32,000 nt of DNA from Labrys sp. (in: a-proteobacteria). GTDB taxonomy: Bacteria > Pseudomonadota > Alphaproteobacteria > Rhizobiales > Labraceae. The position numbers and the translations under genes are program-made. The stretch covers positions 43,221-75,220 of the forward strand of contig JBKDKQ010000063.1 in the NCBI GenBank assembly GCA_046344875.1. The letters run 5' to 3'. This document shows positions 1 through 7,954 of the stretch, piece after piece. Under the pieces are notes generated by a model. The model was not told the origin of the DNA. It ran no database searches and worked only from the letters and a program-made list of their open reading frames with translations. The stretch's first letter is position 1; every line of letters begins with the position of its first letter.

Positions 1-1
1 G

Positions 2-1000
2 GTCGTCTGCCTTCTCGGACCCTCCGGCTGCGGCAAGACGACGACGCTGCGCATGATCGCGGGCCTTGAGCGGGCGACCTCAGGCGATGTCGTCATCGCC
101 GGTCGACGGATGAACGACCTGCCGCCGGAAAAGCGCGACATCGCCATGGTGTTCCAGTTCTACGCACTCTATCCCGCCCTCACCGTCGGCGAGAACATCG
201 GCATGCCGCTGCATTATGAGCGGCTGTCGAGCGCGGATGCGAAGGCGCGGGTGCGCAAGGTCGCCGAGATCCTGCATCTGACCGACGTGCTCGACCGCCT
301 GCCCGGCCAGATCGCCGAGGGCGAGAAGCAGCGCGTCGCCGTGGCGCGCGCCATCATCCGCGACCCGAACTGCTTCCTCTTCGACGAGCCGTTGTCGCGT
401 CTCGACGTCGAACTCCGCCATTCGATGCGCGGCCAGATCAAGGAGGTGCTTCAGGGCCTCTCCAAGGCGACGGTGATCGTCACCCATGACCAGCTCGAGG
501 CGCTGACCATGGCGAACCGCATCGCCATCATGCGCGAGGGTGTCATCGAGCAGGTCGGCACACCGCACGACGTCTTCGCCAAACCCGCCAACGTCTTCGT
601 CGCGAGCTTCATCGGCACGCCCCAGATGAATCTGGTGCCGGCGCAGCTCCAGTCCTTCGCCAACGGTGTCGCGACCGTCGCCCTCGCCGGCGAAACCGTC
701 GACGTGCCGGGCGATCCGGCCGTTGCTCGGCTCGGACCGTCCAAGGTGATGATCGGCATCCGTCCGCGCGCCTTCACGCCGGCCTCCGAACGCGCCCGCG
801 ACACGATCGAGGCCCAGGCCGAGCTGATCGAGCCGATGGGGGCGGAAACGCTGATCCATGCGCGCACGCCCGACGGCGGCGACATCCGCGTGGTGGTGCC
901 GCGCGAAATGCGGGTCAAGATCGGCGAGAACCTGCATCTGCGGCCCGATCCCAAGCAGACCCACTTTTTCGGCGAGGACGGAAAGGCGGTGCGCGCATGA
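2..1000 (+). CDS. ABC transporter ATP-binding subunit, MalK/UgpC-like carbohydrate importer type (5' end cut by window edge)
   Basis: Frame is open from nt 2, upstream of the listed ATG at 53. Walker A GPSGCGKTT (nt 17-43), Q-loop MVFQ, Walker B FLFDEP, H-loop VTHD. The C-terminal ~100 aa look like a MalK-type regulatory/TOBE-like domain. The signature motif is degenerate (IAEGE instead of LSGGQ; see findings). Confidence 0.9.
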   Translation, partial: VVCLLGPSGCGKTTTLRMIAGLERATSGDVVIAGRRMNDLPPEKRDIAMVFQFYALYPALTVGENIGMPLHYERLSSADAKARVRKVAEILHLTDVLDRLPGQIAEGEKQRVAVARAIIRDPNCFLFDEPLSRLDVELRHSMRGQIKEVLQGLSKATVIVTHDQLEALTMANRIAIMREGVIEQVGTPHDVFAKPANVFVASFIGTPQMNLVPAQLQSFANGVATVALAGETVDVPGDPAVARLGPSKVMIGIRPRAFTPASERARDTIEAQAELIEPMGAETLIHARTPDGGDIRVVVPREMRVKIGENLHLRPDPKQTHFFGEDGKAVRA

Positions 1001-1443
1001 GCGAGCAAGAGAACAAGGGTGGCCTGTCGCCCGCCGGCGCTCTGCGCATGGAGTTTTTCATCATCGGCCTTGGCGTTTTCGCGCTCGTGCTGATCTTCCA
1101 GCCTTTCAGCCTGACGCTGTTTGCGATCGGCTCTGGCCTGGTGGTGCTCGCGGGGCTGATCAACAACATCCTGCCATTGGCCCGTCCGGGAGTGCCGGTC
1201 CGGTCGATCGTCACCATCAGTATCGTCGTGGCGATGGTGTTTTGCATCGTGCTGTTGATCTCGATCTCGGCGGCCCATCTCTATGGCGTGTTCTTCCTGA
1301 AGCCGCCGGATCCCAACACCCAGGCGGGTCGCATCCAGCTCGCCACCCCGCCCTTCTACATGCAGCCCTTCGTCTGGTGGCTCGCAGGCATCGCGGCAGC
1401 GCTCGCCGCGACCCTGTTCCTGCGGTCGCGCCGCGGTTCCTGA
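997..1443 (+). CDS. Small multi-pass membrane protein, unknown function
   Basis: 148-aa ORF whose ATG overlaps the ATPase stop (ATGA at 997-1000). About four hydrophobic spans (FFIIGLGVFALVLIF, LFAIGSGLVVLAGLI, IVTISIVVAMVFCIVLLISI, FVWWLAGIAAALAATLF). High GC3. I recognise no family. Confidence 0.6.
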   Translation: MSEQENKGGLSPAGALRMEFFIIGLGVFALVLIFQPFSLTLFAIGSGLVVLAGLINNILPLARPGVPVRSIVTISIVVAMVFCIVLLISISAAHLYGVFFLKPPDPNTQAGRIQLATPPFYMQPFVWWLAGIAAALAATLFLRSRRGS

Positions 1444-1450
1444 GGCAGAC

Positions 1451-2395
1451 ATGCGCTACGACGTCTCCGTCATCGGTCTCTACATTCTCGACGTGCTCGG
1501 CCGCCCGGTCGTCCAGATCCCCGAGCGCGGCAATGTCGACTTCATCGAGGAAATCCGCCTGACGGTCGCCGGCACGGCCGGCGGCACGGTCGTCGACACC
1601 GCCAAGCTCGGCCTCAAAAGCCTCGCCGTCGGCGCGGTCGGCGACGACGAGAAGGCCGACTGGGTGCTGATGACCATGCAGAAGCACGGCATCGACGTCT
1701 CGGCGATGCAGCGGATCAAGGGCGTGCCGACCTCGGCCACCATCCTCAACGTCCGCCCGAACGGCGATCGTCCGGCGCTGCATGTGCGCGGCGCCTCCGA
1801 TCATTTCGATGTACCCACGAACCTCTATGATCAGGTGTTCGACGCGCCGATCATCCACCTCGGTGGTACCGGTCTCCTCAGGAAGCTCGACGGCCCGGCG
1901 AGCGTCACGATCCTCAGGGAAGCCAAGGCGCGCGGTCGGGTCACGACCTTCGACCTGATCGCCGCGAGCGCCGAGACCGCCCATCTCGTGACGCCGCTTC
2001 TGCCCTTTATCGACTATTTCATGCCCTCCATCGAGGAAGCGCAGGACATGTCCGGCCAGAAGGGGCCGGTCGATTGCGCGAACTGGTATCTCGACAAGGG
2101 CGCAACCTGCTGCGTCTTCACGCTGGGTGGTGAGGGTGCCTATTACGCCCATCGCGACGGCACCCGGCTGAAGTCGCCCGCCTACGACATCAAGGTCGTC
2201 GACACAACGGGCTGCGGCGATGCCTTCGATGCCGGCATGATCGCCGCCCTGCATCACAAGATGGACGTCGAGACCAGCCTGCGCTTCGCTCAGGCGAGCG
2301 CCGCGCTCGTCGCCAGCGGCCTCGGCTCCGATGCCGGGATCGAGTCCTTCGACAAGACGCTCGAGGCGATGCGCAGCTACCGCATCAAGACCTAA
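1451..2395 (+). CDS. PfkB-family carbohydrate kinase
   Basis: 314 aa. PfkB signature-2-like DTTGCGDAFDAGMIAAL near the C-terminus, ribokinase-like layout, same strand and 7 nt after the preceding gene. Confidence 0.85.
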   Translation: MRYDVSVIGLYILDVLGRPVVQIPERGNVDFIEEIRLTVAGTAGGTVVDTAKLGLKSLAVGAVGDDEKADWVLMTMQKHGIDVSAMQRIKGVPTSATILNVRPNGDRPALHVRGASDHFDVPTNLYDQVFDAPIIHLGGTGLLRKLDGPASVTILREAKARGRVTTFDLIAASAETAHLVTPLLPFIDYFMPSIEEAQDMSGQKGPVDCANWYLDKGATCCVFTLGGEGAYYAHRDGTRLKSPAYDIKVVDTTGCGDAFDAGMIAALHHKMDVETSLRFAQASAALVASGLGSDAGIESFDKTLEAMRSYRIKT

Positions 2396-2433
2396 ATACC
2401 GGCGAAAGCCGACGCACCGGGGGAGACGGCGCC

Positions 2434-3282
2434 GTGAAGATCGGGTTCAACCTGCTGGCCGCGACCGGCCACGTGACGGAGGAGCACCTTCCGCATTTCG
2501 AACTCTTGAAGCAGATCGGCTATGACGGCGTCGAACTGCCGGTCTTCGATGGCGATCCCAAGCACTACGGCGCCATCGGCAAGCATCTCAAGAATATGGG
2601 CCTCGACTCGACCATCGTCACGGTGATGGGGGAGGACACCAATCCCGCAAGCCCCGACGCCGCGATCCGCGACAAGGCCTTTGATCGCCTGCGCTGGGCG
2701 ATCGACAATGCCGCCGCGCTGGGCGCGACGGTTTTGTGCGGCCCCTATCATTCGCCGCTCGGCGTCTTCTCGGGCACGAACCCGACCGACACCGAACTGT
2801 CCCACTGCGCCGACACGCTGCGCAAGGCGTCGGCCTACGGCCAGACGGCCGGCGTACACCTTTCGCTCGAGGCCCTGAACCGCTTCGAATGCTACATGCT
2901 GAACACCATGGCTCAGGCGAGCGAGATGCGACGCCGGGTCAACCACCCGAACTTCAGCTTCATGTACGACACGTTCCACGCCAATATCGAGGAGCGTGAT
3001 CCCGTCGGCGCCTACAAGGCGTTTTCCAGCGAGATCACGCACATCCACATCTCGGAGAATGATCGCGGCATTCCCGGCCGGGGGCACACGCCGCTTCGCG
3101 CGACGATCGCGGCAGCCCGCGAGGCCGGCTATCAGGGCTGGCTGACGGTCGAGGCCTTCGGCCGTGCGCTGCCGGCGCTCGCGGCCGCGACCCGAGTGTG
3201 GCGCGATCTCTTCCCCGACACCGACACGCTCTATCGCGAGAGCTATGCCGTGATCCGTCGCCACTGGGACAACGCCGCCTGA
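2434..3282 (+). CDS. Sugar phosphate isomerase/epimerase (xylose-isomerase-like TIM barrel)
   Basis: 282 aa with a GTG start preceded by gggag. Motifs typical of the AP-endonuclease-2/xylose-isomerase-like barrel family (LSLEALNRFE, HIHISENDRG). Confidence 0.8.
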   Translation: MKIGFNLLAATGHVTEEHLPHFELLKQIGYDGVELPVFDGDPKHYGAIGKHLKNMGLDSTIVTVMGEDTNPASPDAAIRDKAFDRLRWAIDNAAALGATVLCGPYHSPLGVFSGTNPTDTELSHCADTLRKASAYGQTAGVHLSLEALNRFECYMLNTMAQASEMRRRVNHPNFSFMYDTFHANIEERDPVGAYKAFSSEITHIHISENDRGIPGRGHTPLRATIAAAREAGYQGWLTVEAFGRALPALAAATRVWRDLFPDTDTLYRESYAVIRRHWDNAA

Positions 3283-3316
3283 TACGCGCCGCCGGGCAAT
3301 TGGCCGAACGCGTCGA

Positions 3317-4120
3317 TCAGGCGAGTGCGGGATAGCCGCGTGCCTCGGCCGCGCGCTCATAGTCGAGCACCACCTCGTAGTCCTCGTCGGTGACGTCGGC
3401 GAGCCCGATCAGACCGAGATCGCGATGAACGAGGGTGAGCGAGGGATCGGCGATCGCCTCCGCGAGCGCGGCCTTCACTGCCGCGCCGTAGCTTTCGGCG
3501 AGACGCCGGCTGATGATGAAGGGCAGGCAGGGGGTCGGCGGGGTTTCGGCGAGGATGCGCGTTCCGGCAATGAGCGCCGGATCGTGATGGGCGGCGATCC
3601 CGTGGACGACGCAGTCGATCGCGGCGACGTCGGCGCTGCCCGTGCGGACCATGGCGAGGCTCGACAGATGCGCCCCGCTCTGAATGATCTCGCCGAAAAA
3701 GCCCCCTTCGCGGACCAGGGGCGCGAACACGGCGCGCGCGAGGTTCATCCCGGAATTGCTGTCGGTCGTGTTCATGGCGAAACGCGTGCCGCGGCACTCC
3801 GCGAGTGAGCGGATCGGGCTGTCCTCGCGCACGATGACGAAGCTGCGATGCAGCGCGCCATTGCATCCGGGCCAGCGATAGATTGGTGCGCCGATCAGGC
3901 CGACATGGCCGCGCAACTGCGTCACATAGGGATAGCCGCAGGTCGTCCCCAGCATGAGATCCTCGGCAAGCCAGGTCCCCATGAGGTCCTCGCTGCGTTG
4001 GAGTGTCGTCGGCACGCCGTCAACGCCGAGCGCCCGCAGCCGCCGCGCGACTGCCGCCCAGAGCGCATCATGGGCGGGAAGCGTCATCGGGAGTTCATGC
4101 ATGTAGAAGGAGGCAATCAA
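3317..4120 (-). CDS. PhnD/SsuA-like periplasmic-binding-fold protein lacking a signal peptide
   Basis: The C-terminal ~260 aa of the 340-aa ORF look like a type-2 binding-protein fold (GTTCGYPYV, FAMNTTDSNSGMNLAR, AAIDCVVHG). The N-terminal 70 aa of the long ORF are Arg-rich junk. I place the start at TTG 4120, giving MIASFYMHELP..., which resembles N-termini I recall for this family. ATG 4102 or 4087 are alternatives. The start is uncertain. Confidence 0.6.
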   Translation of the reverse strand: MIASFYMHELPMTLPAHDALWAAVARRLRALGVDGVPTTLQRSEDLMGTWLAEDLMLGTTCGYPYVTQLRGHVGLIGAPIYRWPGCNGALHRSFVIVREDSPIRSLAECRGTRFAMNTTDSNSGMNLARAVFAPLVREGGFFGEIIQSGAHLSSLAMVRTGSADVAAIDCVVHGIAAHHDPALIAGTRILAETPPTPCLPFIISRRLAESYGAAVKAALAEAIADPSLTLVHRDLGLIGLADVTDEDYEVVLDYERAAEARGYPALA

Positions 4121-4199
4121 GACAGGCAGTCCGTTCTTCGTGGCGTATGTCGACGACGCTTCTGGCCGAGCCAACCAGAGGATGCAAGCATGGCGACGG

Positions 4200-4231
4200 C
4201 GCGGGCTGCGATTTCGACCGCGGGCTGCGAT
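4200..4231. promoter_or_regulatory. Two copies of a 13-bp direct repeat (cgcgggctgcgat) in a divergent promoter region
   Basis: Identical 13-mers at 4200-4212 and 4219-4231 (19-bp period), between the PhnD-like gene (minus strand) and the 4379 operon (plus strand). A second tandem repeat, ggaacagga at 4350-4358 and 4360-4368, overlaps the SD of the 4379 gene. Confidence 0.3.
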
Positions 4232-4378
4232 ACGTCTCTTGGGCATCGTCTCGACGCAATCGCCGGCAAAGAGAGCGCGGGCGCGGCGCTGGTCCTTGTC
4301 TTCGTTCCATCGCTCGGCGATGGTATCGACAACCGGCACCGCCGCGATCGGAACAGGACGGAACAGGAGGCTCGATCA

Positions 4379-5563
4379 ATGAACGACGTCGTCATCAAGA
4401 CGCCGCTGCAGTATCTCGACCAGGCGATGGGCACGTTGCGCAATCTGGGACTGGCGCCGGCCAAGATGGAAGAGGCGCCGATCGTCGGCCTTCTTGAGAA
4501 GATCACCGACATCTCGCCGGACAAGATCGCGGTCATCACCCGCACGCTTGGTCAGATGTCGGTGTTCAACGAGATCGTCCGCGAACAGGTCTCGGCGATG
4601 GATGTCGGCCAGCGCTACGAGCAGATCACGCAGTCCTTCAACTCGATTCGCGACGATGCCAAGGCCATGGTCGACCAGATCGAAGACGGCAAGATCAGCC
4701 TGTTCGAGCGCGCCACCAACGTCTGGATGAAGATCTCGCGCGGCGACATTGCCGACCGCTTCGATGCGATCAAGACGACCTATCTCGACGTCGCCAAGGC
4801 GACCAAGGAGAACATCCAGCGTGAGCACCTGATCCTCGATGCCTATCGTGATTTCCGCGGTGCGCTGAAGCAGGGCGAGGTCTCCGCGCTCGAGATCCTC
4901 AAGCTGGCCGAGACTAGGCTGGAGGACGCCAAGGCGGCATTGAACAAGGCCTCCGAGGCCGTTTCGACCTTCTCGGGCACGGAGCCTGCCGAGCGCGCCA
5001 AGCTCGAACTCGTGCGCGACGAGTATCTGCGCCGGATGCAGGAGGAGGATGGCCGCTACCAGATCGCCAAGGATCTCGCGGACAACCTGACCATCGGCTA
5101 CAACACCTCCGAGGTGATCATGGCGCGGCTCCTGCAGACGACGAACGCCAAGGAGCGCGTCTACCAGCAGGCGGTCTCGTTCTTCTCGACGAATGAGAGC
5201 GTGCTGACGGCGCTGAAGGCCTCCTTTACCGGCATGTTCGGCTTGCATGAGGCGACGCGGACGCTGAACGAGATGAAGGAAGGCGTGTCGAAGTCAATCG
5301 AGGTCCTGTCCGAGATCGGCGGCAAGATCCAGGAAGAGGCGGTGAAGGCGGGCTACGGCCCGACGGTGCGGGCCGACGCCGTGAAGAAGCTCGTCGACAG
5401 CGTGGTCTCCTTCCAGGAGAAGTCGACCGGAATCATCGCCGAGATGCGCAAGATGTCGACGCAGAACTCGAACGAGATCCGCGATGCGGTCGAGGACGGC
5501 AAGCGCCGCATTGCCAAGCTCGCTGCCGACGGCAACGCCTTGTTGCTGTCGTCCGGGAGCTGA
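4379..5563 (+). CDS. All-helical cytoplasmic protein, probable TelA/YaaN (toxic anion resistance) family member
   Basis: ATG 4379 is preceded by aggagg (4365-4370). 394 aa with no TM span or signal peptide. By eye, LLQTTNAKERVYQQAV and ADAVKKLVDSV resemble the LIQNTNQALAEKIQ and DIETLKKTQENL regions of B. subtilis YaaN as I recall them. The upstream part of ORF 3848..5563 is antisense overlap, not coding. Confidence 0.5.
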   Translation: MNDVVIKTPLQYLDQAMGTLRNLGLAPAKMEEAPIVGLLEKITDISPDKIAVITRTLGQMSVFNEIVREQVSAMDVGQRYEQITQSFNSIRDDAKAMVDQIEDGKISLFERATNVWMKISRGDIADRFDAIKTTYLDVAKATKENIQREHLILDAYRDFRGALKQGEVSALEILKLAETRLEDAKAALNKASEAVSTFSGTEPAERAKLELVRDEYLRRMQEEDGRYQIAKDLADNLTIGYNTSEVIMARLLQTTNAKERVYQQAVSFFSTNESVLTALKASFTGMFGLHEATRTLNEMKEGVSKSIEVLSEIGGKIQEEAVKAGYGPTVRADAVKKLVDSVVSFQEKSTGIIAEMRKMSTQNSNEIRDAVEDGKRRIAKLAADGNALLLSSGS

Positions 5564-5584
5564 TCCGGCGGCAGGGCGGGAACC

Positions 5585-6526
5585 ATGACGATGACCGATG
5601 CGGGGTCGGCGGCCGCGCCGAAGCTCGACGAACTGATGCTGGCGATGGACGTGGTCGACACGCTCCGTCATCAGGAAGCGGTCGTCGAGAAGGAACTGGG
5701 GCAGGACGATCGCGACGAGGCGCTGAAGGCGCGGTTGCGCACGATCTATGAGGGCCAGGGCCTCGTCGTCACCGACCGCATCCTCGACGCCGGCATCAAG
5801 GCGCTGAAGGAGGCAAGGTTCACCTATGAGCGACGCGGCAGCGGCTTCAACCGCTTCCTCGCCGGCCTCTGGGTGCGCCGTGCCCGCGTCGGCTATGCGC
5901 TCGCCGTCGCCCTCCTCGTCGGCGGCGGGTTCCTTGGCTTCAGCCTGTGGCAAAGCGGGCAGGCGGCGCGGCAGGCGGAGGCGATGCGCATCGAGCTTGC
6001 CGAGACGCTGCCCCGCGACCTCGCCACTGCCGGCAAGGCGGCGCTTGCCGAGGCCCGCGACAACGGCGCCCGGCAGGCGGTCGAAAACCTCGTCGCCGAT
6101 GCCGAGGCGGCGCTCGGGCGCGGCGATGCGGCGGCGGCCCGCCAGAAGATCGGCGATCTGACCGGTCTGCGGGAGAAGATCGTCGAGACGTATGATCTGC
6201 GCGTCGTCAACCGGTCCGGTGTGCAGTCGGGCGTCTTCCGGATCCCGGACGTCAACAGCAATGCCCGCAACTATTATCTGATCGTCGAGCCGGTGAAGCC
6301 GAATGGCGAGGTGATCGCGGTCAACGTCACGAATGAGGAGACCGGCGCGATCGAATCCGCGCGGATCTTCGGCGTCCGCGTACCAAAGGAAGAGTTCGAC
6401 CGGGTGCGGGCCGACAAACTCGATGACGGCATCATCCAGTCGAACATTCTGGGCCAGAAGCCGCGCGGATCGCTCGACATCGCCTTCAGCCGACCGGTCC
6501 TGCCCGGTCGCATCACGAAATGGTAG
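5585..6526 (+). CDS. Bitopic membrane protein, unknown family (N-terminal cytoplasmic helical domain, one TM span, C-terminal beta-rich domain)
   Basis: 313 aa, starting 21 nt after the previous stop. Single hydrophobic span VGYALAVALLVGGGFLGFSLW, preceded by a positive cluster (RFLAGLWVRRARV). Ala/Arg-rich linker, then a C-terminal ~110 aa domain (YDLRVVNRSGVQSGVFRIPD...YYLIVEPVKPNGEV). Confidence 0.7.
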   Translation: MTMTDAGSAAAPKLDELMLAMDVVDTLRHQEAVVEKELGQDDRDEALKARLRTIYEGQGLVVTDRILDAGIKALKEARFTYERRGSGFNRFLAGLWVRRARVGYALAVALLVGGGFLGFSLWQSGQAARQAEAMRIELAETLPRDLATAGKAALAEARDNGARQAVENLVADAEAALGRGDAAAARQKIGDLTGLREKIVETYDLRVVNRSGVQSGVFRIPDVNSNARNYYLIVEPVKPNGEVIAVNVTNEETGAIESARIFGVRVPKEEFDRVRADKLDDGIIQSNILGQKPRGSLDIAFSRPVLPGRITKW

Positions 6527-7947
6527 CAGCCATGCTGTCCTCCCGAGACGCGCTTTCCAGTCTCCAGGCGGCCCTGACGGGTGTCCGTCGAGACGAAGAC
6601 AGGCTGACCGCCTTGCTCAACGCCTCGATGGAGGAGGCGACGCGGCTGCGCACCCGTCAGGCCGAAACCTTCAGGGCGCTGGCGCGGATGCGTCTCGACG
6701 CCATTCGCCAGGAGGGGGTGACCGGCGCCCTGACATCGGCCGAGCGGCGGGCGCTCCAGCTCATCGACGACCGCAAGGACGCGCTCGCCCGCGCCGTCGA
6801 GGCCAGAAAGACGCTCGTCTCCTCGATCGCGCAGGCGCAGGCGGCCGAGGCCGACGCCGCGACCGTGGTGGAGAAGGCGATCGATGCGCTCGACGAGCGG
6901 CGCGCTCAGACGCAGGCGCGTCTCAAGGGCGACGCCGCCTGGCAGGCCGCGGCGGCCGCGACCGATCATGCCGCCGCGACCGCCAAGGCCGCCGCCGACA
7001 AGGCCGCGCGTTCCGAGGCCGAGAAGGACGGCAAGAAGCAGCCCTACGAGGCTGACGACCTCTTCATCTATCTCTGGCAACGCGGGTTTGGCACCTCAGC
7101 CTACACAGGCAGTGGCCTGACGCGCATGGGCGATGCCTGGGTTGCGCGGCTGATCGGCTACGAGGCCGCGCGGCAGGACTATTTCATGCTGAACCAGATC
7201 CCGCTGCGTCTGCGCGAGCATGCCGATCGCCTGGCGGGGGAAGCTGCCGCCATTGCCGAGCAGCAGGCGAAGCTCGAGCGCGCGGCTCTCGTCGCCGACG
7301 GGGTCGAGGCATTCGAGGCGGATCTCAAGAAGGCGCAGGATCGCTTTGCGGCGGCACAGGCGAAACTCGACGAGCTCGAGCAGTCGCTGCGCGACCAGGA
7401 CGCCAGGAGCGCCGCGGCCGAGAGCGGCGATCCGGTGCTGCGCGAGGCGCTGGACGAGATCGCCCAGGCCCTGTCGCGGGAGGACCTGCGGTCGCTCCAG
7501 GACGAGGCCCTGAAGACGCCGACGCCGGAGGACGAAAAGCTTGTCGCCGTGCTGCGCGACATCGCGGTCGCCATGGTGCGCGTCGACAGCCAGATCGAGG
7601 AGACGCGCAAGACGACGCTCGAACTCGCGCGTCGCCGCACCGAACTCGAGCGCTCGCAGGACGGTTTCCGCCGCTCGGGCTATGACGATCCGATGGGCGG
7701 CTTCGTCAATGACCGGATGCTGGGCGAGATCATCGGCGGCATCGTCGGCGGCGTCCTGCGCAGCCGCGACCTCGAACAGGCGATGCGGGACGGCTTCAGG
7801 CGCCGCGAGACCCGCTCATCCGGCGGCTTCGGCGGCAATTGGCCGGGAGGGTCAGGCGGGTTCGGCGGTGGCTTCGGTGGCGGCTGGGGCGGTGGCTCGA
7901 GTTCGGGTGGCGGCGGCGGCGGCTTCCGTACCGGCGGCGGCTTCTGA
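6520..7947 (+). CDS. Coiled-coil protein with aromatic core and Gly/Phe/Trp-rich C-terminal tail, unknown family
   Basis: 475 aa. The ATG at 6520 overlaps the upstream stop (6524-6526); ATG 6532 is an alternative. Long Ala/Glu/Arg/Gln heptad-like stretches flank the core DDLFIYLWQRGFGTSAYTGSGLTRMGDAWVARLIGYEAARQDYFMLNQIP. The last 43 aa are SSGGFGGNWPGGSGGFGGGFGGGWGGG...GGGF. Confidence 0.7.
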   Translation: MVAAMLSSRDALSSLQAALTGVRRDEDRLTALLNASMEEATRLRTRQAETFRALARMRLDAIRQEGVTGALTSAERRALQLIDDRKDALARAVEARKTLVSSIAQAQAAEADAATVVEKAIDALDERRAQTQARLKGDAAWQAAAAATDHAAATAKAAADKAARSEAEKDGKKQPYEADDLFIYLWQRGFGTSAYTGSGLTRMGDAWVARLIGYEAARQDYFMLNQIPLRLREHADRLAGEAAAIAEQQAKLERAALVADGVEAFEADLKKAQDRFAAAQAKLDELEQSLRDQDARSAAAESGDPVLREALDEIAQALSREDLRSLQDEALKTPTPEDEKLVAVLRDIAVAMVRVDSQIEETRKTTLELARRRTELERSQDGFRRSGYDDPMGGFVNDRMLGEIIGGIVGGVLRSRDLEQAMRDGFRRRETRSSGGFGGNWPGGSGGFGGGFGGGWGGGSSSGGGGGGFRTGGGF

Positions 7948-7954
7948 ACGGCCC

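Noticed and set aside
3848-4378. 5' extension of the 571-aa ORF 3848..5563
   Set aside because: The first ~177 codons lie antisense to the PhnD-like gene and translate to Arg/Ala/Pro-rich non-protein-like sequence. A strong SD (aggagg) and an ATG at 4379 mark the real start.
7816-7944. GGC-rich repetitive DNA that could be mistaken for a tandem repeat or CRISPR-like array
   Set aside because: It is in-frame coding low complexity (the Gly-rich tail). It has no repeat-spacer periodicity and lies inside a well-supported ORF.
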